A stretch of DNA of 64,000 bases from an uncultured Candidatus Saccharibacteria bacterium (GTDB lineage Bacteria > Patescibacteriota > Doudnabacteria > UBA920). Under the pieces are notes generated by a model. The model worked only from the letters and a program-made list of their open reading frames with translations. It was not told the DNA's origin and did not search any database. The position numbers and the translations under genes are program-made. This document shows, piece by piece, positions 36,163 to 45,576 of this stretch. The stretch's first letter is position 1; every line of letters starts with the position of its first letter. The stretch spans positions 1,001 to 65,000 of the forward strand of contig CAZHYL010000003.1 of the NCBI GenBank assembly GCA_964536745.1, in the 5' to 3' direction.

Positions 36163-38073
36163 GTGTTTTAAAATCTGTTCGGCTTTTGCTTTGCCAACTA
36201 GTTTTTCTAACTCACGAATCGGTGTCTGTTTAATATTTTGAACAGTACCGATTTTTTGTTTTAACAATTTTTTAGTCTTGGGGCCAATTCCAGGAATGCT
36301 ATCAAGAGCAGATTTTACTGCTTGTTTACTGCGTAGGGATTTATGAAAAGTTATTCCAAAACGGTGAGCTTCGTCGCGAAGTCTTTGTAGCATTTGCAGT
36401 ACTGGATTGTCATGAGGTAATACAATCGGGTTAGGATTATTTGGTAAAAAGATTTCTTCGATTCGCTTGGCTAAACCAATAACAGGAATTTTCAGCTTTG
36501 CTTTCCTTAGTACTTCTACTGCAATACTAAGTTGACCTTTACCACCATCAATAACGATTAGGTCGGGGATAGGCCAATATTCCCCTCCTTTAAAGGAGGG
36601 GTTAGGGGAGGTTTTTACCCCCTCCATCTCCCCCTTAGAAGGGGGAGAGATCCGAGCCAAACGGCGTTGGAGCATTTCTCTCATCATGGCAAAGTCGTCC
36701 GGAGTGTTTTTACTGGTAATTTTGAATTTTCGGTATTCCGATTTCGCGGCTTGGCCATCTTTTATAACCACCATGCTGCCGACAGGGTTTGTTCCTTGGG
36801 TGTTACTAATGTCATAACCTTCAATTCTTCTTGGGGTATGGGGAAGTTTGAGGAGAGTTTTTAGCTCTTCAAGTATTTCTTTTAATAAATCTAAATTAGC
36901 GGCTTGAGAACTCTGCCACTTTCTTAAAAATTCTTCGGCATTGGTTTTACCCATGCCAATTAATTTCAGTTTATTTCCTCGACTAGGAACACTAATCTTA
37001 ATTGTGTTTTTGCTTCGAGACTTAAGTAATAGCTGAATCAACTGTATTTCTTCTGGTGCTTCTTCTATGAAGATTTCTTTTGGCAAGTCTGTAGTTTGGG
37101 AGTAATAATTTTGAAGGAAACTATTAAGAACGGATTTAATTCTGAATTCTGGTGCAAAACCTAAAATATTATCAAAGATAAAAGTTTCGTTATCTTTTAG
37201 TTTGCCCTCTCGGACTTTAAATAGATTTACCCCCGCGGATAATTCATCCGTGAAAACAGAAATAAAATCCCAATCTACTTTTTGAGCAAACATAGTGAGT
37301 TGCTTTTCGTCTAAAATTTCAATCGCATTTAATTGATCTCTAAGTCTGGCGGCTAGCTCGAATCGTTTTTTCTTTGCTGCTTTTTTCATTTCTGCGTGAA
37401 GCTCTTTTTTAATTGGCGCGGTCTTGCCAGAAAGAAAAAGAGTGATACGGCCTAGTTGTTCTTCATATTCTTTAAGAGTAATTTGGCCAATACAAACACC
37501 AGGACAGCGATGTAAGAAATAGTAGAAACAAGGTCGTTTGCCAATTTCCTTGTTTGCGCAGAAAGGAAAGATGCGGCGAGTTAAATCTAAAGTTTGACGA
37601 ATTTTTTTTGCTGATGAATATGGTCCGAAGAATTTACTTCCCCTCCTTTTTAAGGAGGGGCTAGGGGAGGTTTTAACCCCACCCACCCTCCCCTTAGAAA
37701 GGGGAGGGGTACTTTCAACTTTTCGAGCATAAGTAATCTGAGGAATTTCTGAAGAGTAATCGATTTGAATGAACGCATAATTTTTATCATCACGGAGCAT
37801 TATGTTGTACGGTGGCATATGCTCTTTGATGAGCGTGTTTTCCAAGAAGAGACTTTCAAGCTCGGTTCTTACTACTATGTATTCAAAATCTACAGCCTCG
37901 GCCATAAGGAAGGGGAGCTGGGCACGGTTGTCGGACTTTCCGAAGTACTGACTAATTCTTGATCGTAAATTTTTGGCTTTGCCTACATATAAAACAACCC
38001 CTTCTTTATTAAGGAATTTGTATACACCGGGTTTTCGGGGGACATCTTTTAATTTAGTTCTTAGCTTGTCCAT
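36157..38073 (-). CDS. uvrC: Excinuclease ABC subunit C carrying two in-frame inserted palindromic elements.
   Basis: GIY-YIG N-terminus (PGVYKFLNKEGVVLYVGKAKNLRSRISQYF), 'FFGPY', 'PDLIVIDGGKGQL' and a C-terminal HhH. Two segments, …SPPSKGEMEGVKTSPNPSFKGGEY… and …TPPLSKGRVGGVKTSPSPSLKRRGS…, are not part of the UvrC consensus. Confidence 0.85.
   Translation of the reverse strand: MDKLRTKLKDVPRKPGVYKFLNKEGVVLYVGKAKNLRSRISQYFGKSDNRAQLPFLMAEAVDFEYIVVRTELESLFLENTLIKEHMPPYNIMLRDDKNYAFIQIDYSSEIPQITYARKVESTPPLSKGRVGGVKTSPSPSLKRRGSKFFGPYSSAKKIRQTLDLTRRIFPFCANKEIGKRPCFYYFLHRCPGVCIGQITLKEYEEQLGRITLFLSGKTAPIKKELHAEMKKAAKKKRFELAARLRDQLNAIEILDEKQLTMFAQKVDWDFISVFTDELSAGVNLFKVREGKLKDNETFIFDNILGFAPEFRIKSVLNSFLQNYYSQTTDLPKEIFIEEAPEEIQLIQLLLKSRSKNTIKISVPSRGNKLKLIGMGKTNAEEFLRKWQSSQAANLDLLKEILEELKTLLKLPHTPRRIEGYDISNTQGTNPVGSMVVIKDGQAAKSEYRKFKITSKNTPDDFAMMREMLQRRLARISPPSKGEMEGVKTSPNPSFKGGEYWPIPDLIVIDGGKGQLSIAVEVLRKAKLKIPVIGLAKRIEEIFLPNNPNPIVLPHDNPVLQMLQRLRDEAHRFGITFHKSLRSKQAVKSALDSIPGIGPKTKKLLKQKIGTVQNIKQTPIRELEKLVGKAKAEQILKHL
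36577..36648. repeat. GC-rich palindromic element copy A (about 70 nt) inserted in-frame in uvrC. It encodes SPPSKGEMEGVKTSPNPSFKGGEY.
   Basis: 'cccctcctttaaaggaggggttaggggaggtttttaccccctccatctcccccttagaagggggaga' is made of nested inverted repeats (CCCCTCC-TTTAAA-GGAGGGG; TCTCCCCCTT-CTAA-GGGGGAGA). About 60% GC against an about 38% GC background. Confidence 0.75.
37636..37710. repeat. GC-rich palindromic element copy B inserted in-frame in uvrC. It encodes TPPLSKGRVGGVKTSPSPSLKRRGS. It is about 85% identical to copy A, with the same orientation and frame.
   Basis: 'cccctcctttttaaggaggggctaggggaggttttaaccccacccaccctccccttagaaaggggagggg' aligns to copy A with few substitutions. Confidence 0.75.
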
Positions 38074-38154
38074 ATTGGTATTGTACCAAAGACTTGAAAG
38101 GAGTGAATTAATATGCTAGCGTAATAGAAGTTCAATATTATAGAGAAGAGATTA

Positions 38155-41046
38155 ATGCCTAAGAAATCAATATCAAAACCGAGCACAAAGTCCTCTAAGA
38201 CAAGCGCAAATAACGAACAGAAAATTGTTATTCGTGGTGCTCGTGTTCATAATTTAAAAAATGTGGACCTAGACTTACCTCGTCACAAATTAATTGTGAT
38301 GACAGGTTTGTCTGGGAGCGGAAAGTCTTCCCTTGCGTTCGATACTATCTATGCCGAAGGTCAACGTCGTTATGTTGAGTCTCTTTCTGCGTATGCGCGA
38401 CAGTTTATTGGGTTAATGGATAAGCCAGACGTAGATAAAATAGAAGGACTTTCTCCAGCAATTTCAATCGATCAGAAGTCCGCCTCTCATAATCCTCGTT
38501 CTACTGTTGGTACTGTCACAGAAATTTATGATTACATGAGATTGCTTTACGCCAGAATTGGTATTCCTCATTGTCCAACTTGTGGTGAAAAAGTTGAAGG
38601 TCAGACCCTTCAGGCTATTGTCAATCAATTGTTAGAAATGGCAGAGGGCACTCGAATTATGTTACTGGCCCCTGTTATTCGTGATCAAAAAGGTGAACAT
38701 AAATTAGTCTTTGAGCAACTTAAAAAGTCTGGTTTTTCTCGTGTAAGGGTAGATGGTACAGTAATGGATTTAAATGAAGCTAGTTCTTTGAATTTAGATA
38801 AGCAAAAGAAGCACAGCATTGAAGTTATTGTTGATAGAATTGCTATCAGTAAAGATGACCGTGCACGGCTTAGCGAAAGTTTAGAAAAGACTTTAGATTA
38901 TGGCGATCAGCTGGCTTTAGTTTTGGTAATGGATGGCGATAAGATAAAAAGTGAACTTCCATTTTCACAAAAGTTTGCTTGTCCTAATGGGCACTCAATT
39001 GCTTTAACCGAACTAGATCCTCGCGAATTTTCATTTAATAGCCCTCATGGTGCTTGTCCGGAATGTAAAGGTCTTGGTACAAAGTTAACTGTTGAACCAG
39101 ATTTAGTTATTCCAAACCCAAAGTTAACTTTAGCCGAAGGTGCTATTAGGCCATGGAGCAAAACAACCGCACGAATCTCTTGGTATAGTAGAGTTTTGGA
39201 AATTTTAGCGGAAGAATATGGTTTTTCTGTAAACACGCCTGTTAAAGATTTGCCAAAGAAAGCTTTAGAGATTGTATTGTATGGTACTGGCGGCAAAAAG
39301 ATTACTATGCCAGCAGATTCAGGGCGAACTTATCAGGCAAATTTTGAAGGAGTAATCGCCAATTTGGAACGTAGATACGTTGAAACAGACTCCGATTATA
39401 TGCGAGGCGAGATAGAAAATTACATGAGAATTCGCAAGTGTGGCACTTGTGGTGGTCGCAGATTAAAACCAGAAGTGCTCTCTGTTACAGTTGGCGGGGA
39501 AGGTATTGTTGATGTTTCTAGTAAGTCGATTGAAGATGCTAGTACATTTTTTGAAAACTTACCGAAACAGCTAAACGCTAAAGAGATGGCTATCGCGAAA
39601 TTGATTCTTAAAGAAATTACAGCACGGCTTCAATTCTTGCTCGATGTCGGATTGTCTTATTTATCTTTGGATCGTGGTGCAGACACTTTGAGTGGTGGGG
39701 AAGCACAGCGTATTCGTCTAGCTACACAAATTGGCTCTGGTTTAACCGGCGTACTTTATATTTTAGATGAACCTTCAATTGGTTTACATCAGCGCGATAA
39801 CTCACGCTTATTAACCACGCTTAAGAATCTGCGCGACTTAGGAAATACTGTAATTGTTGTTGAGCACGATGAAGAAACAATTCGAGAAGCCGATTATGTG
39901 GTAGATATTGGTCCTGGTGCTGGTAAACATGGTGGGGAAATCGTTTCAGAAGGAACTCCTGAAGAAATAGTTAAGGATAAAAATTCAATCACTGGTATGT
40001 ATTTAAGTGGGAAGGAAGAGATTGCTGTCCCTAAGAAACGCCGTAGCGGTTCTGGAAAAAAGTTGGAAATCTATGGGGCTACAGAAAATAATCTAAAGAA
40101 CGTTAATGCCACAATCCCACTTGGGAAGTTTGTTTGCATTACCGGTGTGTCTGGAAGTGGGAAGTCTACTTTGTTAAATGATATTTTAGCTAAAGCACTG
40201 TCCAAATATTTCTGGAATAGTAAAGATGAGCCTGGTGAACATAAAAAACTTCTTGGTATCGATCATATAGATAAAATGATTAATATCGATCAATCTCCAA
40301 TTGGTCGGACACCACGTAGTAATCCAGCTACCTATACTGGCATTTTTACCTATGTTCGAGATTTATTCGCTGAAACCAGAGAGGCAAAAATGAAGGGTTA
40401 TAAAGCTGGTCGGTTCAGTTTTAATGTAAAAGGTGGTCGTTGTGAGAAATGTCAGGGCGATGGTGTTATTAAAGTAGAAATGAATTTCTTGCCAGACGTC
40501 TATATTACTTGTGAGGAATGTGGTGGTAAGCGTTACAACCGAGAAGCTTTAGAAATCCATTACAATGGCAAAACAATTTCAGATGTCTTAGAAATGACAG
40601 TGGATGAAGCCAAGGTATTTTATGCGAACATTCCTCCTGTAAAGAGAAAGTTAGATACTCTTTCTGAAGTCGGTTTGGGTTATATGCACTTGGGTCAAAA
40701 TGCTACAACACTATCTGGTGGAGAAGCTCAGCGTATTAAACTTGCAACCGAATTGTCCAGGGCTTCTACCGGACGAACTTTATACATTTTGGATGAGCCA
40801 ACTACTGGACTTCACTTTGCGGATGTAAAAAGGCTGATTCATGTGTTAAATCAATTGGTTGAAAAAGGTAACACAGTAATCGTGATTGAGCATAATTTAG
40901 ACATGATTAAAACAGCAGACTGGATTATTGATCTTGGTCCAGAGGGAGGGGATAAGGGTGGCCAGATTGTTGCTAGTGGTACTCCAGAAGACGTAGCGAA
41001 GATAAAAAATAGTTTTACAGGACAGTACTTAAAGAAGATGTTGTAG
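38155..41046 (+). CDS. uvrA: Excinuclease ABC subunit A.
   Basis: Two ABC ATPase modules (Walker A '[12 protein letters not shown]' and '[12 protein letters not shown]', signature 'LSGGEAQR' twice) and zinc-finger Cys clusters. 963 aa. Confidence 0.9.
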   Translation: MPKKSISKPSTKSSKTSANNEQKIVIRGARVHNLKNVDLDLPRHKLIVMTGLSGSGKSSLAFDTIYAEGQRRYVESLSAYARQFIGLMDKPDVDKIEGLSPAISIDQKSASHNPRSTVGTVTEIYDYMRLLYARIGIPHCPTCGEKVEGQTLQAIVNQLLEMAEGTRIMLLAPVIRDQKGEHKLVFEQLKKSGFSRVRVDGTVMDLNEASSLNLDKQKKHSIEVIVDRIAISKDDRARLSESLEKTLDYGDQLALVLVMDGDKIKSELPFSQKFACPNGHSIALTELDPREFSFNSPHGACPECKGLGTKLTVEPDLVIPNPKLTLAEGAIRPWSKTTARISWYSRVLEILAEEYGFSVNTPVKDLPKKALEIVLYGTGGKKITMPADSGRTYQANFEGVIANLERRYVETDSDYMRGEIENYMRIRKCGTCGGRRLKPEVLSVTVGGEGIVDVSSKSIEDASTFFENLPKQLNAKEMAIAKLILKEITARLQFLLDVGLSYLSLDRGADTLSGGEAQRIRLATQIGSGLTGVLYILDEPSIGLHQRDNSRLLTTLKNLRDLGNTVIVVEHDEETIREADYVVDIGPGAGKHGGEIVSEGTPEEIVKDKNSITGMYLSGKEEIAVPKKRRSGSGKKLEIYGATENNLKNVNATIPLGKFVCITGVSGSGKSTLLNDILAKALSKYFWNSKDEPGEHKKLLGIDHIDKMINIDQSPIGRTPRSNPATYTGIFTYVRDLFAETREAKMKGYKAGRFSFNVKGGRCEKCQGDGVIKVEMNFLPDVYITCEECGGKRYNREALEIHYNGKTISDVLEMTVDEAKVFYANIPPVKRKLDTLSEVGLGYMHLGQNATTLSGGEAQRIKLATELSRASTGRTLYILDEPTTGLHFADVKRLIHVLNQLVEKGNTVIVIEHNLDMIKTADWIIDLGPEGGDKGGQIVASGTPEDVAKIKNSFTGQYLKKML
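41016..41045 (+). repeat. Direct repeat copy 1 (last 30 nt of uvrA, TACAGGACAGTACTTAAAGAAGATGTTGTA). Copy 2 is at 41847-41876.
   Basis: Identical 30-mers 831 bp apart that bracket the 41138-41821 gene. Confidence 0.7.
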
Positions 41047-41137
41047 ACCCCCCCGAGCAATTCGAAGATGGTTTTATTTCTGAATGAAGTAAAATGGAGT
41101 ATAATGATACCGGGTTTAAGATTTTAGAAATAATACT

Positions 41138-41821
41138 ATGAAAAAATATATTTTCGGGTTTCTAGCAATGACATTATTGCTACCAAGCACTATTCACGCA
41201 GCAACTCACCCCGCTGGCACTAATATCAAGAATGCTCAAGGGACAGTTTATAGGATTGAGACCGAACTGGACATTAGCGCATTGCCGTACAATTCTGCAA
41301 ACGCATTTTTATCTTATAAGTTTAATTCTTGGAATAATGTGGAAGAAGCCAATAGCGAAGATTTAAATTTGATTAGCGCCTCATCAGGGGTCATTCCACC
41401 ACGACCAGGTTCATTGATAAATGACAATGGTACGATTTATCAAATCCTTCTTGGTTCTAAGGTTGGTTTTATTTCCGAAGAAGTATTTACAGGCTTGGGT
41501 TATTCATTTACAAACGTTTATCCGGCCGACGTCTCATTTATGAATGCCGATGCACCGATTGATTCGATTGAACAAAGACATCCGCTAGGCACTTTGGTCA
41601 ATGATAATGGCACGCTCTTTATTAATTTGATTACTAGTAAAATCGGGGTTCCATCCATGGCAGTCTTAGATTCTTGGGGGTATTGGGTTGAGGATGCTGT
41701 ACCAGCGAATAATTTTGATCGGTCATTTATGATGTCTGCTATCGCACGAGAACGCAAACCTAGCGAATTAACAATTTTTGATACTGAATTTGGTCAGATC
41801 GTGGCTAATGGAGCCCTCTAG
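41138..41821 (+). CDS. Secreted protein (227 aa) consisting of a signal peptide plus the shared ~38-aa repeat seen at the C-termini of the giant FN3 proteins.
   Basis: Signal peptide MKKYIFGFLAMTLLLPSTIHAA. Repeats 'GSLINDNGTIYQILLGSKVGFISEEVFTGLGYSF' and 'GTLVNDNGTLFINLITSKIGVPSMAVLDSWGYW'. Confidence 0.65.
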   Translation: MKKYIFGFLAMTLLLPSTIHAATHPAGTNIKNAQGTVYRIETELDISALPYNSANAFLSYKFNSWNNVEEANSEDLNLISASSGVIPPRPGSLINDNGTIYQILLGSKVGFISEEVFTGLGYSFTNVYPADVSFMNADAPIDSIEQRHPLGTLVNDNGTLFINLITSKIGVPSMAVLDSWGYWVEDAVPANNFDRSFMMSAIARERKPSELTIFDTEFGQIVANGAL

Positions 41822-41846
41822 GATATCCCAAAAATTTGAAACATTC

Positions 41847-41905
41847 TACAGGACAGTACTTAAAGAAGATGTTGTAAAAAAAACGGGCTTAGCCCGTTTT
41901 TTATT
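41847..41905 (+). repeat. Direct repeat copy 2 of the uvrA 3' end (41847-41876), followed by a rho-independent terminator (AAAAACGGGCTTAGCCCGTTTTTT).
   Basis: The sequence is identical to 41016-41045 except that the stop-codon base becomes TAA. The hairpin CGGGCT-TA-AGCCCG is followed by a T-run. Confidence 0.7.
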
Positions 41906-42269
41906 TTCTGTAGTTTAAGTATATTAAGGAAATAATTTTTGATAAGTTAATTCCGATGAGCGCGATTAAAAGCCAATAGTCTATTTGATGGTGAGCAAAT
42001 AATTGATATAGAACGCCGACAGATAGCATGACTGTGCCAGTAATCATGGCTACTCTGTTTGCAATCTGTCTGTGATAGCTTTCTCTTTCATCTTCTTTTG
42101 GACCTTCTCCAACCAAAGACATGGCTGTAACGTAAACAACTAAAGCAGCACTAATTCCAAGCATTGTGGTCATTTCCATATTTCCGGTTGTTTGTCCTTG
42201 CGAGAGTAAAAAGCCAGTGACAATAGCTAAAAATACAAGCAGAGATAAATAATAGATGATTAATTTCAT
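41901..42269 (-). CDS. Small integral membrane protein (about 4 TM), co-transcribed with the XRE regulator.
   Basis: Hydrophobic 122-aa ORF starting 18 nt downstream of the HTH gene. Confidence 0.45.
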   Translation of the reverse strand: MKLIIYYLSLLVFLAIVTGFLLSQGQTTGNMEMTTMLGISAALVVYVTAMSLVGEGPKEDERESYHRQIANRVAMITGTVMLSVGVLYQLFAHHQIDYWLLIALIGINLSKIISLIYLNYRK

Positions 42270-42286
42270 AAGGTTATTGTAACATT

Positions 42287-42478
42287 TTATAAAGAAAAGA
42301 TTTCTTCGACGGATTTATTGAAATATTTTGCGATTTGCATAGCAAGCAGGAGTGATGGAACATAATTACCTTTTTCTATTGCGATAATTGTTTGTCTGGA
42401 CACGTTTAAAATATCAGCCAAGTCTTCTTGGGTGATATTTTTATCTAATCTTAATTGCTTAATAGTATTTTTGATCAT
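42287..42478 (-). CDS. XRE-family helix-turn-helix transcriptional regulator.
   Basis: 'LRLDKNITQEDLADILNVSRQTIIAIEKGNYVPSLLLAMQIAKYF' is a canonical Cro/C1-type HTH. Confidence 0.75.
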   Translation of the reverse strand: MIKNTIKQLRLDKNITQEDLADILNVSRQTIIAIEKGNYVPSLLLAMQIAKYFNKSVEEIFSL

Positions 42479-43530
42479 TATCCGAAAGTAAAGGTAAAGA
42501 TTTGTGTGCCACTATTTGGGAGCTCTATTTCTAGTGTGTGCTGACCACCATTAGGTGATTCGTATAAAGGGTATAAGTCGGATTCCTTTATTGTTACTCC
42601 TTTTTCTAATTTTCCATCAATGTATATCTTTGCTGTGATTGGTTCTGGACTTTGCGCAACCATAAATACTTTAGCTGCATTAAAGTTTAGTCTTAATCTA
42701 CCAAAACCTTGCGAGTGAACCACTGCTTCTTGTTCAAAACTCCATCTACCTTCTAACGCAAATTTGTTTTTGGCTAGTTTACTTGGGAAGGCATAAATTT
42801 GTTGCTCGGTGCTAGGACTTTCGGTTCCACCAAAATTGGCAAGTCTGGCAAGTCCCAGATAGATTTCTGGTGTTGCTGCCTGATTTGTTTCCGAGGCTTT
42901 CGGGGTTTCAAAATCTCCCTCGAGCCCTAACAAAGTTCTAATAGCTAACTCGGTTTGTTCGTAATTTCCTTCGCCAAAATGGGTGTAAACAATTTCGCCA
43001 TTTTTATCAATTAAATAGTGTGCCGGCCAGAATTGGTTTTTGTAGGCACTCCAAGTTTTGTAATTATTATCTTGTGCAACAGGGTAAGCAATGCCGTAGC
43101 GCTTAAGAGCTGTTTCAACATTGCTCGTAACTTTTTCAAAAGCGAATTCAGGCGTGTGAACACCTACTACAACAAATCCTTGATCTTTGTATTGGTCATA
43201 CCATTTTGTTATGAAGGGGAGAGTGCGAATGCAATTTATACACGAATAAGTCCAAAAATCTACCAAGACAACCTTACCTTGTAGTTGCGCTATGGTTAAC
43301 GGTTCGGTATTTAGCCATTTTGTAATCCCAGTAAATTCTGGCGCTGCTCCTTGGTTTACAAACTTCAGTTTTTTATCTTCAGGCGCAGGCGTAGTGTTGT
43401 TAGTGGTGATAGGTTTTTTCTCGAAGATTGCATTAAGCGCACCGTCTTCTCCTTTTCTGTATTCGATAAACAGACCAGCAGCAAGTACTAGTAAAACTAA
43501 AATAGAAACAAGTAAGATAATCTTTTTCAT
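42478..43530 (-). CDS. Secreted thioredoxin-fold thiol:disulfide oxidoreductase (TlpA/ResA/DipZ-like redoxin). It has a CxxC variant 'CINC' and a ~150-aa C-terminal extension domain.
   Basis: N-terminal TM segment. 'VVLVDFWTYSCINCIRTLP' is a thioredoxin-like active site. Adjacent to ccdA. Confidence 0.55.
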   Translation of the reverse strand: MKKIILLVSILVLLVLAAGLFIEYRKGEDGALNAIFEKKPITTNNTTPAPEDKKLKFVNQGAAPEFTGITKWLNTEPLTIAQLQGKVVLVDFWTYSCINCIRTLPFITKWYDQYKDQGFVVVGVHTPEFAFEKVTSNVETALKRYGIAYPVAQDNNYKTWSAYKNQFWPAHYLIDKNGEIVYTHFGEGNYEQTELAIRTLLGLEGDFETPKASETNQAATPEIYLGLARLANFGGTESPSTEQQIYAFPSKLAKNKFALEGRWSFEQEAVVHSQGFGRLRLNFNAAKVFMVAQSPEPITAKIYIDGKLEKGVTIKESDLYPLYESPNGGQHTLEIELPNSGTQIFTFTFG

Positions 43531-44250
43531 TTATTCGGTGGGGATAATTTTACTTTCTAGGCTTCCAAAATCGTAGAATTCCAAAAGTTTGGATTGAATC
43601 ACTAAATCATATTGGAAATACATAGTAATCGCTAGTGCGATAATTATTAAGCCAAAGATTTGTTGGATTCTATTTGTGTAAGGGGCAATTGCTCTAACTT
43701 TGTTAGAAATTAATTGTCCACCATAAGCAATTACCAGCATTGGAATACCTGCACCTAGTGCATAGGCAGTAAGGAGTATTCCGGATTCAGCTGAACTGCC
43801 TTGTGTTGCGATTAAAGTTAAGATTGATCCTAACACTGGCCCTGCACATGGTGTCCAAATTAAGCCAAGCATAATGCCCAAGATAAACCCACTTAAATTT
43901 CCTGTTCCTGCTTTTGAAGATAAGCTAGTGGCTTTGGTGGTGAAGGTACTTAAGTATGCTGTAATTTTTTCGAAGGGCGTTGGCCAAAGTGTAAACAGTC
44001 CAAAAATAGCTAGGGCGACTACTGCAATATCACGAACTAGGTCTGGTGATATGTTTAGCGAGATGGTTATCCAAGACAAGGTTAGACCTACAATCGTAAA
44101 CATCACAATAAAACCTAGCGCAATGAATAAGGGTCTAGTTTTAGAACTGGTTCCAACCGAACTACCAAGTAAGATTGGGAGAAGGGGGAGTATGCAAGGA
44201 GCGCCAACGGTTAGTACCCCTGCTAATATCGCAAAAAGAATTTCTAACAT
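43531..44250 (-). CDS. ccdA: CcdA/DsbD-family transmembrane thiol-disulfide electron transporter.
   Basis: 'TVGAPCILPLLPILLG' and a second 'TPCAGPVLG' are the two conserved Cys motifs of CcdA. About 6 TM. Confidence 0.7.
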   Translation of the reverse strand: MLEILFAILAGVLTVGAPCILPLLPILLGSSVGTSSKTRPLFIALGFIVMFTIVGLTLSWITISLNISPDLVRDIAVVALAIFGLFTLWPTPFEKITAYLSTFTTKATSLSSKAGTGNLSGFILGIMLGLIWTPCAGPVLGSILTLIATQGSSAESGILLTAYALGAGIPMLVIAYGGQLISNKVRAIAPYTNRIQQIFGLIIIALAITMYFQYDLVIQSKLLEFYDFGSLESKIIPTE

Positions 44251-44801
44251 TATTTTAAATTCTTTTTAAGTGCGTCAATGTCTCCGCCGCTCCATTTAGA
44301 AATCATATTTCCTTCGCTGTCAATTTGTACAAAAGTATGTTGATAGGTTATACCATATTTCTTTTTTAAATCAGAGCTGTTGTCGTAATCAGTTTTGATT
44401 ACACTCACACCTTGTGGTATTTGGTCTATGTTATTTAAGAATGCTGTGTTGGCAGTTTTACAGGTAGGGCACCATGCTGCGTGGAAGAAAAGCACCACTG
44501 TTCTGCCTGCTTTTTGTTGTTCTGCTACAAGTTCAGGAGAATAATCTAAGTATGCCCCTTTTCCTGCCCATAAATCTGAACTAGATTGTGCATCTTCTTT
44601 ACTCATCATCTTTTCATCAGCAGTCATTTTTTCAACAGGAATTTCCTGAGGTTTTGCTGGGGCTTTTGTCTGTCTAGAAGAAGCTTGTTGACTACTATTA
44701 TTAATCAGATAGACCCCAATGCTTATGATTACAGCTGTCATGATAATTAAAGGGAGCAAGATTTTTTTGTTCATTTTCGTTAGTTTAATTCTTGTAATCA
44801 T
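44250..44801 (-). CDS. Membrane-anchored thioredoxin-like protein (WCPTC active site).
   Basis: 'VVLFFHAAWCPTCKTANTAF' is a canonical thioredoxin CxxC. N-terminal TM segment. Confidence 0.6.
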   Translation of the reverse strand: MITRIKLTKMNKKILLPLIIMTAVIISIGVYLINNSSQQASSRQTKAPAKPQEIPVEKMTADEKMMSKEDAQSSSDLWAGKGAYLDYSPELVAEQQKAGRTVVLFFHAAWCPTCKTANTAFLNNIDQIPQGVSVIKTDYDNSSDLKKKYGITYQHTFVQIDSEGNMISKWSGGDIDALKKNLK

Positions 44802-44894
44802 ACTAAACTAGTCAAAAAATAATGTCAAGTTAACTTTACATTGTGTTTTATTTAAGTTCTTTGTATGATTTAGGAAATATTTGAAGGAGGCAAA

Positions 44895-45485
44895 TTGATG
44901 GGACATGAGTATGGTAGCTGGTATCTTGCTATTTTAGTAGGAACCAAGAAAGTCTCTGTGAAAGGAACCAGAGGAAAACATTTTGCTCAGCAATTAATCA
45001 TTAAGAAGTGGCGATACGGAACAGAGAAGGAAGCGTGGGAGTCCGCAGCCGAAACCAGTCGCTTAGAATTATTGAGCGGGGATGAATACGTCACAGATAT
45101 TCGGATAGAAACGATGCGTTGCTTACCTGAATCAAACGGTGAGTTTACAACTCTGTATAATGCGTACAAGCCCATGGTATCGAAGTACTTAGATAAGACG
45201 ATCGATCAGCTCACTACACAAGAACAGTTCAAGCGACAAATTGAATTTGACGACGTTGCAAGTCTGGGAAGAGCGGCAGCGTTTGTAACTCAATTTTTGT
45301 TGGCGAACAATGCTGCAACTAATATGGAGAATATTCGTAAGTCTCGTCCAGGTATCCAATTTTGGGTTAATGATTTGGACTTGAAGGCTATGATGAAGGC
45401 TTGCGTTGCAGATGAGTTATTTTTGCGGCTTGGGTTTGGTTGGCATAAGGTTCAGACCGAAGAGATGGCAATGGGAGCGGTTTAG
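44895..45485 (+). CDS. Hypothetical protein (196 aa).
   Basis: GAAGGAGG RBS upstream. No family recognised. Confidence 0.4.
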   Translation: MMGHEYGSWYLAILVGTKKVSVKGTRGKHFAQQLIIKKWRYGTEKEAWESAAETSRLELLSGDEYVTDIRIETMRCLPESNGEFTTLYNAYKPMVSKYLDKTIDQLTTQEQFKRQIEFDDVASLGRAAAFVTQFLLANNAATNMENIRKSRPGIQFWVNDLDLKAMMKACVADELFLRLGFGWHKVQTEEMAMGAV

Positions 45486-45506
45486 GAGATGGAGATACAT
45501 AGAATA

Positions 45507-45533
45507 TTAGCACTCGACTTGACAGAGTGCTAA
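45507..45533 (+). promoter_or_regulatory. CIRCE operator (TTAGCACTC-N9-GAGTGCTAA), the HrcA binding site upstream of hrcA-grpE-dnaK.
   Basis: Perfect match to the CIRCE consensus, with both 9-nt arms exact and a 9-nt spacer, 44 nt upstream of hrcA. Confidence 0.85.
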
Positions 45534-45576
45534 TTTTTTTATACATTTGAATTAGCACTATTTATTAAAGGTCAGC

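Noticed and set aside
45507-45540. Hairpin plus T-run after the 44895 gene read as a plain terminator
   Set aside because: The arms are exactly the CIRCE consensus TTAGCACTC-N9-GAGTGCTAA upstream of hrcA. It was reinterpreted as the HrcA operator, though it may also terminate the upstream gene.
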